Shown here: positions 9,317 through 21,015 of the stretch, in pieces
Layout: each line of letters begins with the position of its first letter
Numbering within the stretch: the stretch's first letter is position 1
Assembly: GCF_046313975.1 (NCBI RefSeq)
Contig: NZ_JBKBXB010000003.1
Location: forward strand, 57,376 to 121,375
Direction: 5' to 3'
Origin: Hyphomonas sp.
Lineage (GTDB): Bacteria > Pseudomonadota > Alphaproteobacteria > Caulobacterales > Hyphomonadaceae
Length of the DNA: 64,000 bases
The notes under the pieces: generated by a model
The model's input: only the letters and a program-made list of their open reading frames with translations
Database searches by the model: none
What the model was told of the DNA's origin: nothing
Position numbers and translations under genes: made by a program

Positions 9317-9799
9317 TTGCAGATGAGACGTGTTCTGACGGTTTTGCTGGTGGCAGGGCTCGCCGCATGTGCCCATGATTTCCCCAGGCCGAAGACGATC
9401 GCGGAGATGCACGACTTGAACGACTGGCAGCACCAGCGCGGCGAGAAGCTGTACGTCGCGCTTGCCAATGATGTCAGCCGCATCGCCCGCAGGTCTGGCC
9501 GGGCGGCGACTCTCGCGCAGCTGGGTGAGGCCGGGTATGAGTGCCAGTATGGCGAAGCGCATCAAGACTATCCCGAGCCGATGGCGGTCTGCACCCGCAG
9601 CTTCGCCACCCGGGCCTGCCAGATGGACTGGGAAGTCACGCTGACGAGCGATCCGGAACGGGCGGACAGCGTGGAAACGACCGGTGTGGACTTCCGGCGC
9701 GACTGTGTGGGCACGGCTGCCGATTGGCCGGAGCCGGTCGAGTCCGCTATCGACAGCCAGCTCGCGCCGCCGCCTGCGCTTGAGCCTGAGCCAGGCTGA
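9317..9799 (+). CDS. Hypothetical lipoprotein
   Basis: Lipobox LAAC; four further Cys. Confidence 0.7.
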   Translation: MQMRRVLTVLLVAGLAACAHDFPRPKTIAEMHDLNDWQHQRGEKLYVALANDVSRIARRSGRAATLAQLGEAGYECQYGEAHQDYPEPMAVCTRSFATRACQMDWEVTLTSDPERADSVETTGVDFRRDCVGTAADWPEPVESAIDSQLAPPPALEPEPG

Positions 9800-9878
9800 C
9801 AGAGCTGCTGACGCCTGCTGGACGGGCGCGGGGCGATTGCTAGGTTGGCAATCGTTGAGGACGTGAAGGGGACGCCTG

Positions 9879-10604
9879 ATGATTCGAACCATGATGGCCG
9901 CTGCAGCCTTGCTGGCGGCAATGCCAGTTGCAGCGGCAGAGACGCCGGCCGCGCCGCCCGCGCTGGTGGAGGCGATGAAGTATTTCTATGTCGTCGTACC
10001 GGCTGATGTGAACACCGGAAACCTGGCTACGGAAACGCGGCGCGATGCGGACGGCACGAACCAGCGCCATGTGGTGATTGCGTACATTGATGCCGAGGAC
10101 GCGAAGACGGAAACGGTTGAAGCGGGCTTGGCCGAGCGGACGGAGGGACGCCTCGTCAACGGCGCTGATCTCTGGGCTGCGACCCGCGGCGATGTGATCT
10201 GGCGCACAAAAGCGGCGAATGCGGCGATCTCCAACACCTCGCGCGGCGAGCCGCCTGCGTTCTACATCACGCAGGGTGATGGCAGCATGGTGACGCAGGA
10301 ATTCGATGGCGAGTTCAAGGTCGTGTTCTATCTCGATGCTGAAGAGGCCGACCGGGTGAAGACGGAAATGACCGACTTTCTGGCAACGCAGGGACAGTCT
10401 GCGGCCCTCAATGTGGTTGTGGCCGATTTCTCCAAGGTGATCGGGGCGATTCTGGATGGCAGGTTGCAGGCGGTGCGTATTGCATCGTCGCCGAGCGTGG
10501 TGCGCTGGTCGATGCAACGGGAAGCGGGGGCGGTATTGATCCGCGATTACAAGGGCGAGATGGACGAGGCGTTCGATGCTCTGGCAACTTTTGTGTTTGA
10601 ATAG
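9879..10604 (+). CDS. Exported protein, Tic22-like two-repeat pattern (paralog 1)
   Basis: Signal peptide; IAYIDAEDA / PAFYITQGDGS / VFYLDAEEA. Confidence 0.65.
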   Translation: MIRTMMAAAALLAAMPVAAAETPAAPPALVEAMKYFYVVVPADVNTGNLATETRRDADGTNQRHVVIAYIDAEDAKTETVEAGLAERTEGRLVNGADLWAATRGDVIWRTKAANAAISNTSRGEPPAFYITQGDGSMVTQEFDGEFKVVFYLDAEEADRVKTEMTDFLATQGQSAALNVVVADFSKVIGAILDGRLQAVRIASSPSVVRWSMQREAGAVLIRDYKGEMDEAFDALATFVFE

Positions 10605-10612
10605 GGCGTAAA

Positions 10613-11347
10613 ATGAAATTCCTTGTACTGATGGCCGGGATCGCGGCCCTTGCTCTGACTGGCAGCATTACCCCGGCGCGGGCGGAAGACGCCCCGCCGG
10701 CACAGGCCGAGAGCGCGGGACTGGCGGAGCTGCGCCGCGCGCTGGACGGGTTTCTGGTGATCCTGGCGATTGATCCGGAGAGTGAGAAAATCCTGCAGGT
10801 GAAGTCCGAGCCGGGCGGTGTCGAGATCGTGCGGCCGCTGGTCTATATTGATGCCGAGGCGGCGTATCAGGATTGGCTCGGCGGCGGGATACCGCAGGAC
10901 TGGCCGGTGGTGGCAGCGAATGCGATCGACGTGATCTTCGAGACGCAGGGCGCCGCTGTCTGGATGGGGCAAAGCCATGACGCCGCAATGGCGCAGGCGC
11001 GCATCGACCAACCGGCGCTGTTCTATGTGACCGATGCGGAAGGCGAGCCCGTGATGCACAACTTTGAAACCGGCGCCCGCATGCCATTGTTTGTGCGCCA
11101 TTCGGATGCGAAGCGCTTCCTGGATACAGCCAAGCGCAACCTTGCAGCAGGCGCGGGTGGTGCGCCGGATCTGGTCGTGTCGCATACGGACATGATGTCC
11201 ACGCTGCAGGCCATCATCAGCGGCCAGATCATCGGTGTACGGCTGATTTCGCCGGAAGCGAACACGCGCTGGGCTGAGCAGAACCAGCAAGGCATGCGTT
11301 CGCTGATCGACTATGTGTCTGACGGCCAGGTGCTGATGCAGGAATAA
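10613..11347 (+). CDS. Exported protein, Tic22-like two-repeat pattern (paralog 2)
   Basis: Signal peptide; LVYIDAEAA / PALFYVTDAEGEP / PLFVRHSDA; collinear with paralog 1. Confidence 0.65.
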   Translation: MKFLVLMAGIAALALTGSITPARAEDAPPAQAESAGLAELRRALDGFLVILAIDPESEKILQVKSEPGGVEIVRPLVYIDAEAAYQDWLGGGIPQDWPVVAANAIDVIFETQGAAVWMGQSHDAAMAQARIDQPALFYVTDAEGEPVMHNFETGARMPLFVRHSDAKRFLDTAKRNLAAGAGGAPDLVVSHTDMMSTLQAIISGQIIGVRLISPEANTRWAEQNQQGMRSLIDYVSDGQVLMQE

Positions 11348-11362
11348 TCCGGCGAGTGACAG

Positions 11363-12175
11363 TCAGAGCCCCGCGGTGCGGATGACACGGCGCCCGGCGT
11401 CGATGTGAATCTCCGCCCCCTGGCGCCGTCCGCCGGCGAGCATGCGGCGGGTGAGGCGTTCGTAGTATTGCACGAAGTTCAGCACCCAGGCCCGGCGCTC
11501 ATCCGTCAACGCTTTGCCGCGTGAGGCCATCAGGCTCTCCTCCTGTTCGAGGCGCCAGGCGGACACGCAGCCGAAATCCGGCGCGAGGATGTGCAGAAAC
11601 CCGTCTGCCCTGTCCCAGAGCGCGGCATAGGGACCCGCCAGTTCCGCCTCCTGCGCGCGCCGCCAGGTTCGGTCTGTATCATCCGACGCCTCAACAGGGT
11701 TGATCGGCGGCGTGTCGGGCGCGTCCGGGTCCGGCAACACGCCCATCATCCAGCCTTCAATGGCAATCGCTGCCGGCCGCCCCCGGACAGTGCGCCACGC
11801 GCCGCGCGGGCTGCGGTCATCGCTCGCCTTGTCGAACTGGTGCAGGGGCGTCATCGTCTCCGGGCCGGCCGCCCGCAAGGCGGTGATCGTGGCCTCCAGC
11901 AGGGCCAGGTCGTGCGTGCCCGGCGGCCCGCGCACGGCGAACAGCGGGCCGCTTCTGGCTGCGCGGGCGCTGCGTTCGGCCCGCGTCAGGTAGACATCAT
12001 CCAGGCTGAGGCCGGCGGCAGGGGCGGCCAGCGCGCGCAGCGCTTCGGCCAGCGCGGTGGATTTGCCGCTGCCCTGGGCTCCGGAAATGAAGAGGAGCGG
12101 AACATGGCCAGGCCTCGCCGCCGCGATATGGCCTTCGATCCAGCGCCGCACCAGCGGTGCAATTTCATGGGCCAT
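11363..12175 (-). CDS. P-loop kinase, plant-type D-glycerate 3-kinase-like
   Basis: GAQGSGKST, SLDDVYL, RGPPGTHD, EGWMMG. Confidence 0.8.
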   Translation of the reverse strand: MAHEIAPLVRRWIEGHIAAARPGHVPLLFISGAQGSGKSTALAEALRALAAPAAGLSLDDVYLTRAERSARAARSGPLFAVRGPPGTHDLALLEATITALRAAGPETMTPLHQFDKASDDRSPRGAWRTVRGRPAAIAIEGWMMGVLPDPDAPDTPPINPVEASDDTDRTWRRAQEAELAGPYAALWDRADGFLHILAPDFGCVSAWRLEQEESLMASRGKALTDERRAWVLNFVQYYERLTRRMLAGGRRQGAEIHIDAGRRVIRTAGL

Positions 12176-12181
12176 GCCGGA

Positions 12182-13135
12182 TCAGTCCGCAGGCGGAAGG
12201 TCAAGCAGCAGGGCCGGGTCGATATAGACATCGCTGTCGCGGTCACTGCTGACGGGATTGCGCCATTTCACACCCCAGTGCAGGTGCGGCCCGGAGGAAC
12301 GCCCGGTATTGCCCGAACGGCCGATCAGCTCGCCCATGCTGACCGGCTGGCCGGCCATGACGCCCACTTCCGAAAGGTGCATGAACACCGAGACCAGGCC
12401 GTGGCCATGGTCGAGGAAGATCGTGCCGCCTTCATAATAGAGGTCCGGATCGGCCAGGGTGACGATGCCGGGGGCAGGGGCCAGGACCGGCGAGCCAACC
12501 GGGGCGGCAAAGTCGAGTCCGAGATGCACCGATTCCGAGCTGCAGGCCGCGCCGGTGGTTTTCGAAACGCCGGTATAGCGCCGCACCGGGCCGAAGGGCG
12601 AGGAGCGCGGCGCGGCCGAGGGCGGGGCGAAGCCGGCGGCGGCGCCGGGGCCGGCCTCGAAGGTGGCGAAGGCCGCCTGCTTCAGTTCCCAGCTGCGCGC
12701 GGCATGGGCTTTCTGTTCCGGTGTGCGGGCATCCACCTTGTCGCAGTCGACCCCGGTGACTGTCCGGCGTTCGTCCTGGCGCGGGGCGATCTCCAGCACG
12801 AGGTCGAGGTCCGGGCCGAGGATCGCAAGGCGGCCGGGGGCAAGTCGCGACAGCCCATGCTGCACATGGCCATCCGGCCCGGCTGTGAAATCGGTTCCGC
12901 CGATGCGGAACACATCGCCGGGGGCGCCGCGGCAGATGAGGATCCCGCCCTGCTTCAGGATGCCGCCGCAGCGGGCCGGCTCGCGGGGAGGGTCCGGTTC
13001 CGGTTCCGGTTCGGGCGCCTGCAGTTCCTCAGGGGCGGGTCCGGCCTCGGATGCGGCCAGCGGCGGACCTTTGGCGGTGGCCACCGAACAGGCTGCCGCC
13101 AGCAGGAGCGTCAGGAGGCCGGCCAGCGCCCTCAC
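12182..13135 (-). CDS. M23 family metallopeptidase (lipoprotein)
   Basis: HLGLDFAAP, HGHGLVSVFMHL, SSGPHLHW; LAAAC lipobox. Confidence 0.9.
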   Translation of the reverse strand: MRALAGLLTLLLAAACSVATAKGPPLAASEAGPAPEELQAPEPEPEPDPPREPARCGGILKQGGILICRGAPGDVFRIGGTDFTAGPDGHVQHGLSRLAPGRLAILGPDLDLVLEIAPRQDERRTVTGVDCDKVDARTPEQKAHAARSWELKQAAFATFEAGPGAAAGFAPPSAAPRSSPFGPVRRYTGVSKTTGAACSSESVHLGLDFAAPVGSPVLAPAPGIVTLADPDLYYEGGTIFLDHGHGLVSVFMHLSEVGVMAGQPVSMGELIGRSGNTGRSSGPHLHWGVKWRNPVSSDRDSDVYIDPALLLDLPPAD

Positions 13136-13141
13136 GCCGGC

Positions 13142-13354
13142 TCAGGCTTTCGGCGGGGTGAGGCGTTTCGAAGCGGCCTCGGCGTCCCAGTAGGCTTCCT
13201 GCAGGTCGACGCTCCAGTAGCGCAGCGCGCCGAGCGGGATCTGCCGGCCGGTCACCGCGCAGGTGACGTAAGCGCCCGGCGACAGGATCTCGAAATCCGC
13301 GTCGCCATAGCGGATGCGGGCCTCGCCGCCCTGATGTCCGGATCGTGTCAGCAT
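13142..13354 (-). CDS. DUF2093 domain protein
   Basis: PGAYVTCAVTG...LRYWSVDLQEAY. Confidence 0.85.
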   Translation of the reverse strand: MLTRSGHQGGEARIRYGDADFEILSPGAYVTCAVTGRQIPLGALRYWSVDLQEAYWDAEAASKRLTPPKA

Positions 13355-13406
13355 GTCTGCAACCATGCCAGAGGCCGGGCGGGAAGAAAAGTGAAACCGT
13401 TCATAA

Positions 13407-13440
13407 GTTTCTGCTTTGTTCTATGGAACAAATGGTGTAC
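13407..13440 (+). promoter_or_regulatory. LexA (SOS) boxes of recA
   Basis: GAAC-aaatggt-GTAC at 13426-13440, the alphaproteobacterial recA-type box; degenerate GTTT-N7-GTTC at 13407-13421. Confidence 0.8.
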
Positions 13441-13510
13441 ATGAGGCTCAGGCATGGCAATCGGGGGCCTTGCCAAACCGGCCCCCATGGTAGACCAAAG
13501 GAGACGACTC

Positions 13511-14602
13511 GTGACCAAACCCGTTCTCACTCTCGTGGACAAGGAAACCGGCGTGGACAAGCAGAAGGCCCTCGAAACGGCGCTCGGAAATATCGAGCGG
13601 TCTTTCGGCAAGGGCTCGGTGATGCGCCTCGGCGAGAAGAAGACGATGGACATCGAGGCGGTCTCCACCGGCTCGCTCGGGCTCGACATCGCGCTCGGCA
13701 TCGGCGGCCTGCCAAAGGGCCGGATCATCGAGATTTTCGGGCCGGAAAGCTCCGGCAAGACGACCCTGTCGCTGCATTGCGTGGCCGAGGCCCAGAAGAA
13801 TGGCGGCGTCTGCGCCTTCATCGACGCCGAACACGCGCTGGACCCCGTCTATGCGGCGAAGCTGGGTGTCGATCTGGATGATCTGCTGGTCTCGCAGCCT
13901 GATTCGGGCGAGCAGGCGCTGGAGATTGCGGACACGCTGGTGCGCTCCGGCGCGGTTGATCTCCTGGTCATCGACTCGGTGGCGGCGCTGACGCCGCGGG
14001 CCGAACTCGAAGGTGAGATGGGCGATCAGCTGCCGGGCCTGCAGGCCCGCCTGATGAGTCAGGCGCTGCGCAAGCTCACGGGCTCGATCTCCAAGTCGAA
14101 ATGCATGGTGATCTTCATCAACCAGATCCGCATGAAGATCGGCGTGATGTTCGGTAACCCGGAGACGACCACCGGAGGCAATGCCCTGAAATTCTACGCC
14201 TCCGTGCGCCTCGACATCCGCCGTATCGGCCAGATCAAGGAGCGCGAGGAAGTCATCGGCAACCAGACGCGCGTGAAGGTTGTGAAGAACAAGGTCGCCC
14301 CGCCCTTCCGTCAGGTGGAATTCGACATTCTTTACGGGGAGGGGATTTCCAAGACCGGCGAATTACTCGATCTTGGGGTCAAGGCCAATGTCATCGAGAA
14401 ATCGGGCTCCTGGTTCTCCTATAATGGCGAGCGCATCGGGCAGGGCCGCGAGAAGGCGCGCCAGTTCCTGAAGGACAACCCGGCTGTGGCCAACGAGATT
14501 GAAGACGCCATCCGGCGCAATGCAGGCCTGCTGGCAGAAGAGCTGCTGGCGGCGGGCATGGACGCTGGCGGCGAGGACGCCCCGGACGCCGCAGAAGGCT
14601 GA
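13511..14602 (+). CDS. recA: Recombinase A
   Basis: [34 protein letters not shown]; GTG start after AAAGGAG. Confidence 0.98.
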   Translation: MTKPVLTLVDKETGVDKQKALETALGNIERSFGKGSVMRLGEKKTMDIEAVSTGSLGLDIALGIGGLPKGRIIEIFGPESSGKTTLSLHCVAEAQKNGGVCAFIDAEHALDPVYAAKLGVDLDDLLVSQPDSGEQALEIADTLVRSGAVDLLVIDSVAALTPRAELEGEMGDQLPGLQARLMSQALRKLTGSISKSKCMVIFINQIRMKIGVMFGNPETTTGGNALKFYASVRLDIRRIGQIKEREEVIGNQTRVKVVKNKVAPPFRQVEFDILYGEGISKTGELLDLGVKANVIEKSGSWFSYNGERIGQGREKARQFLKDNPAVANEIEDAIRRNAGLLAEELLAAGMDAGGEDAPDAAEG

Positions 14603-14858
14603 CCGGCGCGCCGGATAACACCCGACAGCGGGCCGCCGGGCGTCCGGCCGGCCTGCGCGCCGGACCGGCTGACGGGCCTCAGGCCCGCCGCCCGGCCGGC
14701 AAGCTTCCGGCCTATCGATCTCCGGGCCGGAAGAGTCCCCTTTGCGGCGCGCCTTGTCTTGGCGGGCTGCAAAGGGGCCTTTATATCGCCTCTGTAATCT
14801 GCTGCCGCCCCGGCCGGGTGCGGCGGCCCATTCATGCGGGCAAGGACCAAGGCAAACG

Positions 14859-17504
<2,646 letters not shown>

Positions 17505-17527
17505 AAGCGGCGGCGGGAGGTTGGAGC

Positions 17528-17932
17528 ATGCCCGCCGGATATTCAGCCACACCGCTCGCGAAAAAGCTTGGCTTCGCCGAAGGCGCCCCGCTCTGGGCAA
17601 AGGCGATGCCCGACAGCGTGCGCGCCGAAATCGAACAGACCGTCTGCCCGCGCTATGTCGCCCGGCCGTCGGAGGGTCTCGCCGCCGCGCACCTGTTCCA
17701 CACCTCAGCCGCCGCGCTCGCCGCCGACCTTGAAAGGCTGCGTCCGCTGCTTGAGGCCGGCGGCATGGTCTGGGTCTCCTGGCCGAAGAAAGCCGCAAAG
17801 ATGCAGACGGACATCACCGAGGACGTTATCCGGGCAGTGGCCCTGCCGATGGGCTTCGTGGATGTGAAAGTCTGCGCCGTGGACGCCGTGTGGTCCGGGC
17901 TCAAGCTGGTGATCCGCAAGGAATGCCGCTGA
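17528..17932 (+). CDS. DUF3052 family protein
   Basis: AGYSATPLAKKLG...WVSWPKKA...VDVKVCAVDAVWSGLKLV. Confidence 0.85.
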   Translation: MPAGYSATPLAKKLGFAEGAPLWAKAMPDSVRAEIEQTVCPRYVARPSEGLAAAHLFHTSAAALAADLERLRPLLEAGGMVWVSWPKKAAKMQTDITEDVIRAVALPMGFVDVKVCAVDAVWSGLKLVIRKECR

Positions 17933-17939
17933 AAAAATC

Positions 17940-17992
17940 AAAAGATGGTCGGAGTGAGAAGATTCGAACTTCCGGCCCCTAGCTCCCGAAGC
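17940..17992 (-). repeat. att site (displaced 3' half of tRNA-Pro)
   Basis: 51/53 identical to 58193-58245; homology stops 2 nt 5' of the anticodon loop. Confidence 0.93.
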
Positions 17993-18024
17993 ATGGGGGA
18001 ATGCTTTGAAAACAGGGTGTTGGG

Positions 18025-18086
18025 TGTAAACCGCAGGGCGGGTAAGGCCTTGAAAGCATTGGGGCAGGCGGGCGGGCTGTAAACCG
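18025..18086 (+). promoter_or_regulatory. Putative integrase arm-type sites
   Basis: TGTAAACCG at 18025 and 18078; the same 9-mer at 58144 and 58156 inside the other end. Confidence 0.7.
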
Positions 18087-18089
18087 GAT

Positions 18090-19250
18090 TCACGCCTTCT
18101 TGCGCGGCCGGACGCGGGCGGCAGCGGCGCGGGCGAGCTGGGCCTGGCTGCCATAGATCGCGCGCATCGCTGCGCCCTCGCCGGGCGCCCAGCCCATGCG
18201 GATTTCCATGTCGATATCGCTGGCGCCGTCCGCGTAGCCGCGCGTGATACAGGTGCCCCGGAAGTCATGCAGGTGTTTCTGCATCAGCGCCGCCTTGTCT
18301 CCGGCCGTCTTCAGCGTCTTTGCGGCGCGCACCTTCGCGGCCTCGAAGGCCTTGCGCAGCTGGCGTCCGTCCGTCCACGGATTGCCGTCATCGCGGCGGC
18401 AGACGCGCGCGTGCGGTGCGCCGCGCCGGCCGAGCGCCTTTTTCAGGGCAGGGGTCAGCGGCGGGCAGGCGGCACGCCTCCCGCCGCTCTTGTTGGTTCG
18501 GCGCACGATATGGCCGGCGCGGGCATCCACCTCCGCCCAGGTGAGCTCGACCAGGTCCTGCCGGCGCAGACCCGTGTGCCAGAGGATTTCGAGCGTGCGG
18601 GCGAGGCCGGGGCCGGCGGCGAGGCACAGGGCCTTGAATTCTGCCTCGGTGATCAGGATGTCGGCGCGGCCGGGGCCTTCGTCCAGATGCGCGATGCCGC
18701 GCGCCGCGTTGCGCGTGAGGCGTTCCTCGTCGACACCCCATTCGAGGATCCTGCCCAGCACCTGCAGGTGGATGTTCGCGGCGCGCGGCGTCGCGGCCAT
18801 GCCGGCATGCCATTGCTTGATGCGGGCCCGGATGCCGGGCGCCTGCATCGCCTTCAGGCTGACCGGGCCGAAGGTGGCGACCGCCTTGCCGATGGCGGGG
18901 CCCCACAGCGCGCGCGTCGAGGGCGCAAGGCTGAGGAAAGCGGGGCTGGCGCGGAAGGCCGCGGCAAGGCCCTCGAAGGTGGCGGCAGAGGGTTTCGGGA
19001 AGGCGGTGTCCGACCAGGCCGCGGCGAGCGCGGGGGCGCCGGCGGATTCCGCCGCGAAGGCCTCGGCATCGGTGGTGCCCGCGAAGGCGGCGACCTGCGG
19101 CCCGCCCCGCCAGGCATACCAGAAGATGCGGGTTGCGACGCGGGAGCGCTTAACGACGCGGTGCGCGCCGGGCAGGCGCAGAGGCGCCTTCGGTGTGAGG
19201 CGCGGCGAGCCGGGCGTCGAGCTCGGCGAGTTCCTGGGCGATGAGGTCAT
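18090..19250 (-). CDS. int: Tyrosine integrase (start uncertain, 19217-19268)
   Basis: Catalytic R (GLRRQD), K (TNK), HxxR (HDFRG), W (MGW), Y (IYG); N-terminal beta arm-binding segment; adjacent to att. Confidence 0.9.
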   Translation of the reverse strand: MTSSPRNSPSSTPGSPRLTPKAPLRLPGAHRVVKRSRVATRIFWYAWRGGPQVAAFAGTTDAEAFAAESAGAPALAAAWSDTAFPKPSAATFEGLAAAFRASPAFLSLAPSTRALWGPAIGKAVATFGPVSLKAMQAPGIRARIKQWHAGMAATPRAANIHLQVLGRILEWGVDEERLTRNAARGIAHLDEGPGRADILITEAEFKALCLAAGPGLARTLEILWHTGLRRQDLVELTWAEVDARAGHIVRRTNKSGGRRAACPPLTPALKKALGRRGAPHARVCRRDDGNPWTDGRQLRKAFEAAKVRAAKTLKTAGDKAALMQKHLHDFRGTCITRGYADGASDIDMEIRMGWAPGEGAAMRAIYGSQAQLARAAAARVRPRKKA

Positions 19251-19440
19251 CGGGGGCGTCCTCGTCATTGGCGGGCGAGGGCACCATCCGCGCCGGGGCG
19301 GCGCCGTCAAGGGCCGCGTCGATGCGGCGCCGGTCGAAGCGCAGCGGGCGCAGGGTGTGCGGCGCGACCTGCAGCGTGCGCGGGTCGAGCCCGGCAAGAT
19401 AGGCTTTCGCCTGCTGCAGCGTCATCAGGCGGGGCGTCAT
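19150..19440 (-). CDS. Excisionase-like small DNA-binding protein
   Basis: PRLMTLQQAKAYL...FDRRRIDAALD; overlaps the int 5' end. Confidence 0.65.
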   Translation of the reverse strand: MTPRLMTLQQAKAYLAGLDPRTLQVAPHTLRPLRFDRRRIDAALDGAAPARMVPSPANDEDAPDDLIAQELAELDARLAAPHTEGASAPARRAPRR

Positions 19441-19796
19441 GCGGCGAGGCCGGGCTCGGCGCGGGCGGGCGCCGGACCCTCTGCGAGGCGGCGCAGCTCG
19501 GCCTCGCGGCGGCGGTGCGCGCGATCATAGGCGCGGCGGGCGGCGGCGATTTCGGCGTCGAGGGCGCGGGCGGCCGACTTCACCGCCTCGAACCGTGCGA
19601 AGGCGGTGTCCAGATCGTCATCGCCGCCGAGAATGTCGGCCTCGCGGACGAACTGGCGCTTGCCGGTCATCACGCAGCGGGCATGCACGCAGCCGTGCTT
19701 TGCCCCGCGCGCGCGCGCGGCCGCGGCGGCAGAGCCGGTGACTTCCATCAGGCGCGGCGGGTCGCTGGCATGGCGGGTGATGATGTAGCGGGGCAT
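19437..19796 (-). CDS. Hypothetical early-left phage protein
   Basis: GAAGG RBS, ATGA overlap with the xis-like gene, C-terminal coiled coil. Confidence 0.6.
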   Translation of the reverse strand: MPRYIITRHASDPPRLMEVTGSAAAAARARGAKHGCVHARCVMTGKRQFVREADILGGDDDLDTAFARFEAVKSAARALDAEIAAARRAYDRAHRRREAELRRLAEGPAPARAEPGLAA

Positions 19797-19909
19797 CGTC
19801 TGGCCTTCACCGGATGGTGGCGCGCGGGACGGGGGTGCCGTCTGGGTGGGGGGAGCATCGGGCCCGCCCCGCGCGGCGCCCCGGGGACATGGGGCGCAGG
19901 TATCGTGTA

Positions 19910-19985
19910 ACCGAAACGGTATTATTCGGCAAGAGCGAAATAAACCATTTCGGTATTTGCGCCTTCTCAATTGTTCCGTTTCGGA
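19910..19985. promoter_or_regulatory. Left operator cluster (OL)
   Basis: ACC-N5-GGT palindromes at 19910-19920 and 19944-19954; variant TCC-GTTTC-GGA at 19975-19985. Confidence 0.75.
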
Positions 19986-20051
19986 TGGGCTATGTCCGGT
20001 TGTGGCCTTTGATCCGTCTGGTTAATCTCGCCACGGGTGAAGGGGAAAAGC

Positions 20052-20528
20052 ATGTCCGGAAACGTAGCGAGCGCGGTTGCGGCGGTCATTCTGCTAGGTG
20101 GCGCAGCGGGCGGTATCATCTGGGCCACAAGCGAGGATGTCGCGCGCCAACAGGCCCGGCAGGCCTCGATTGAGCACGCTGCTGAGGGCGCGGCTGAGGC
20201 AAGTGCGATCATGGACAAGTATCTGACCCCGGAGGAACGCTTCGCCGGAAAGCGGGCAGACAATCTGGCGCGCATGATGCAGGATGAAGCCATCTTCGAA
20301 GCGCCGGTTTATGAAGCGGATCAGCGCGCCTGGCTTTATCACCTCGCTGCCCGGCTGATTGTTGACGGCCACTGTTCCCTTGCGGAAGTCAAAGCCCGCC
20401 CGCCGGAACCGGTACCCAGCACCGGCCACCTTCCCATGTATCAGGCCTTTTGCCCCGGAAAGTCTGGCGGAAAGGTGATCTATCTGTATCCGGCAACGCG
20501 CGAATATGCGGTTACTGGCGCGGACTGA
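20052..20528 (+). CDS. Membrane-anchored accessory (moron) protein in the immunity region
   Basis: N-terminal TM, two Cys in the soluble part; oriented against both neighbours. Confidence 0.7.
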   Translation: MSGNVASAVAAVILLGGAAGGIIWATSEDVARQQARQASIEHAAEGAAEASAIMDKYLTPEERFAGKRADNLARMMQDEAIFEAPVYEADQRAWLYHLAARLIVDGHCSLAEVKARPPEPVPSTGHLPMYQAFCPGKSGGKVIYLYPATREYAVTGAD

Positions 20529-20541
20529 ATCCGGCGCTTTC

Positions 20542-20877
20542 TCAGCTCTCGCTGTCTTTGAGGCCCTGCAGCGTGGAATGCACGACGCGGCGGTGTTTCG
20601 GGTTTGATCTGAGGTGCCCGATGAGTTCGCGTTCCTCTGCTGACAGGCCGTCACCGTCGCGGATCAGGCGGCAGGGCGGAACGTCTAGGGCCTGAGCGAT
20701 TTCCAGCAGCTTCTCGACTGTCACGCCCCGTTCGCCCGTTTCATACCGTCCGATCGTCACTGGCGTCGTGTTCAGCGCTTCTGCAAGCTGCTCCTGGGTC
20801 AGGCCAGCCTTCACGCGCTCCTCGCGGATCAGCAGGTGCGTATCCGCCGAGGGTTTCGAGTAGGGCTTTCTGGGCAT
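20542..20877 (-). CDS. CI-like XRE repressor lacking an S24 peptidase domain
   Basis: 111 aa; GLTQEQLAEALNTTPVTIGRYETGER HTH; divergent from the cro-like gene. Confidence 0.88.
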   Translation of the reverse strand: MPRKPYSKPSADTHLLIREERVKAGLTQEQLAEALNTTPVTIGRYETGERGVTVEKLLEIAQALDVPPCRLIRDGDGLSAEERELIGHLRSNPKHRRVVHSTLQGLKDSES

Positions 20878-20896
20878 GCCCAATGATGGCGCAGCC

Positions 20897-21009
20897 CCCG
20901 AAAAGGTAACATTACCCAATCGGTAGAAAATAACCGGCTGCAATTGACAGTGGGGCCGAATCACCTGAGCGAAAAATACCGAAACGGTTGTTTTGTAAAC
21001 CGGAGAGGT
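20897..21009. promoter_or_regulatory. Right operator/promoter region (OR)
   Basis: ACC-N5-GGT at 20914, 20978, 20999; variant at 20897; TTGACA at 20944-20949. Confidence 0.75.
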
Positions 21010-21015
21010 TCACAG

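Noticed and set aside
17946-17992. Second tRNA-Pro gene
   Set aside because: Only the anticodon loop to CCA is present; no D-arm or 5' acceptor strand, so it is the att remnant
18090-19397. 435-aa integrase as given by the ORF track
   Set aside because: The first ~60 aa are the off-frame of the xis-like gene; the real start is near 19217-19268
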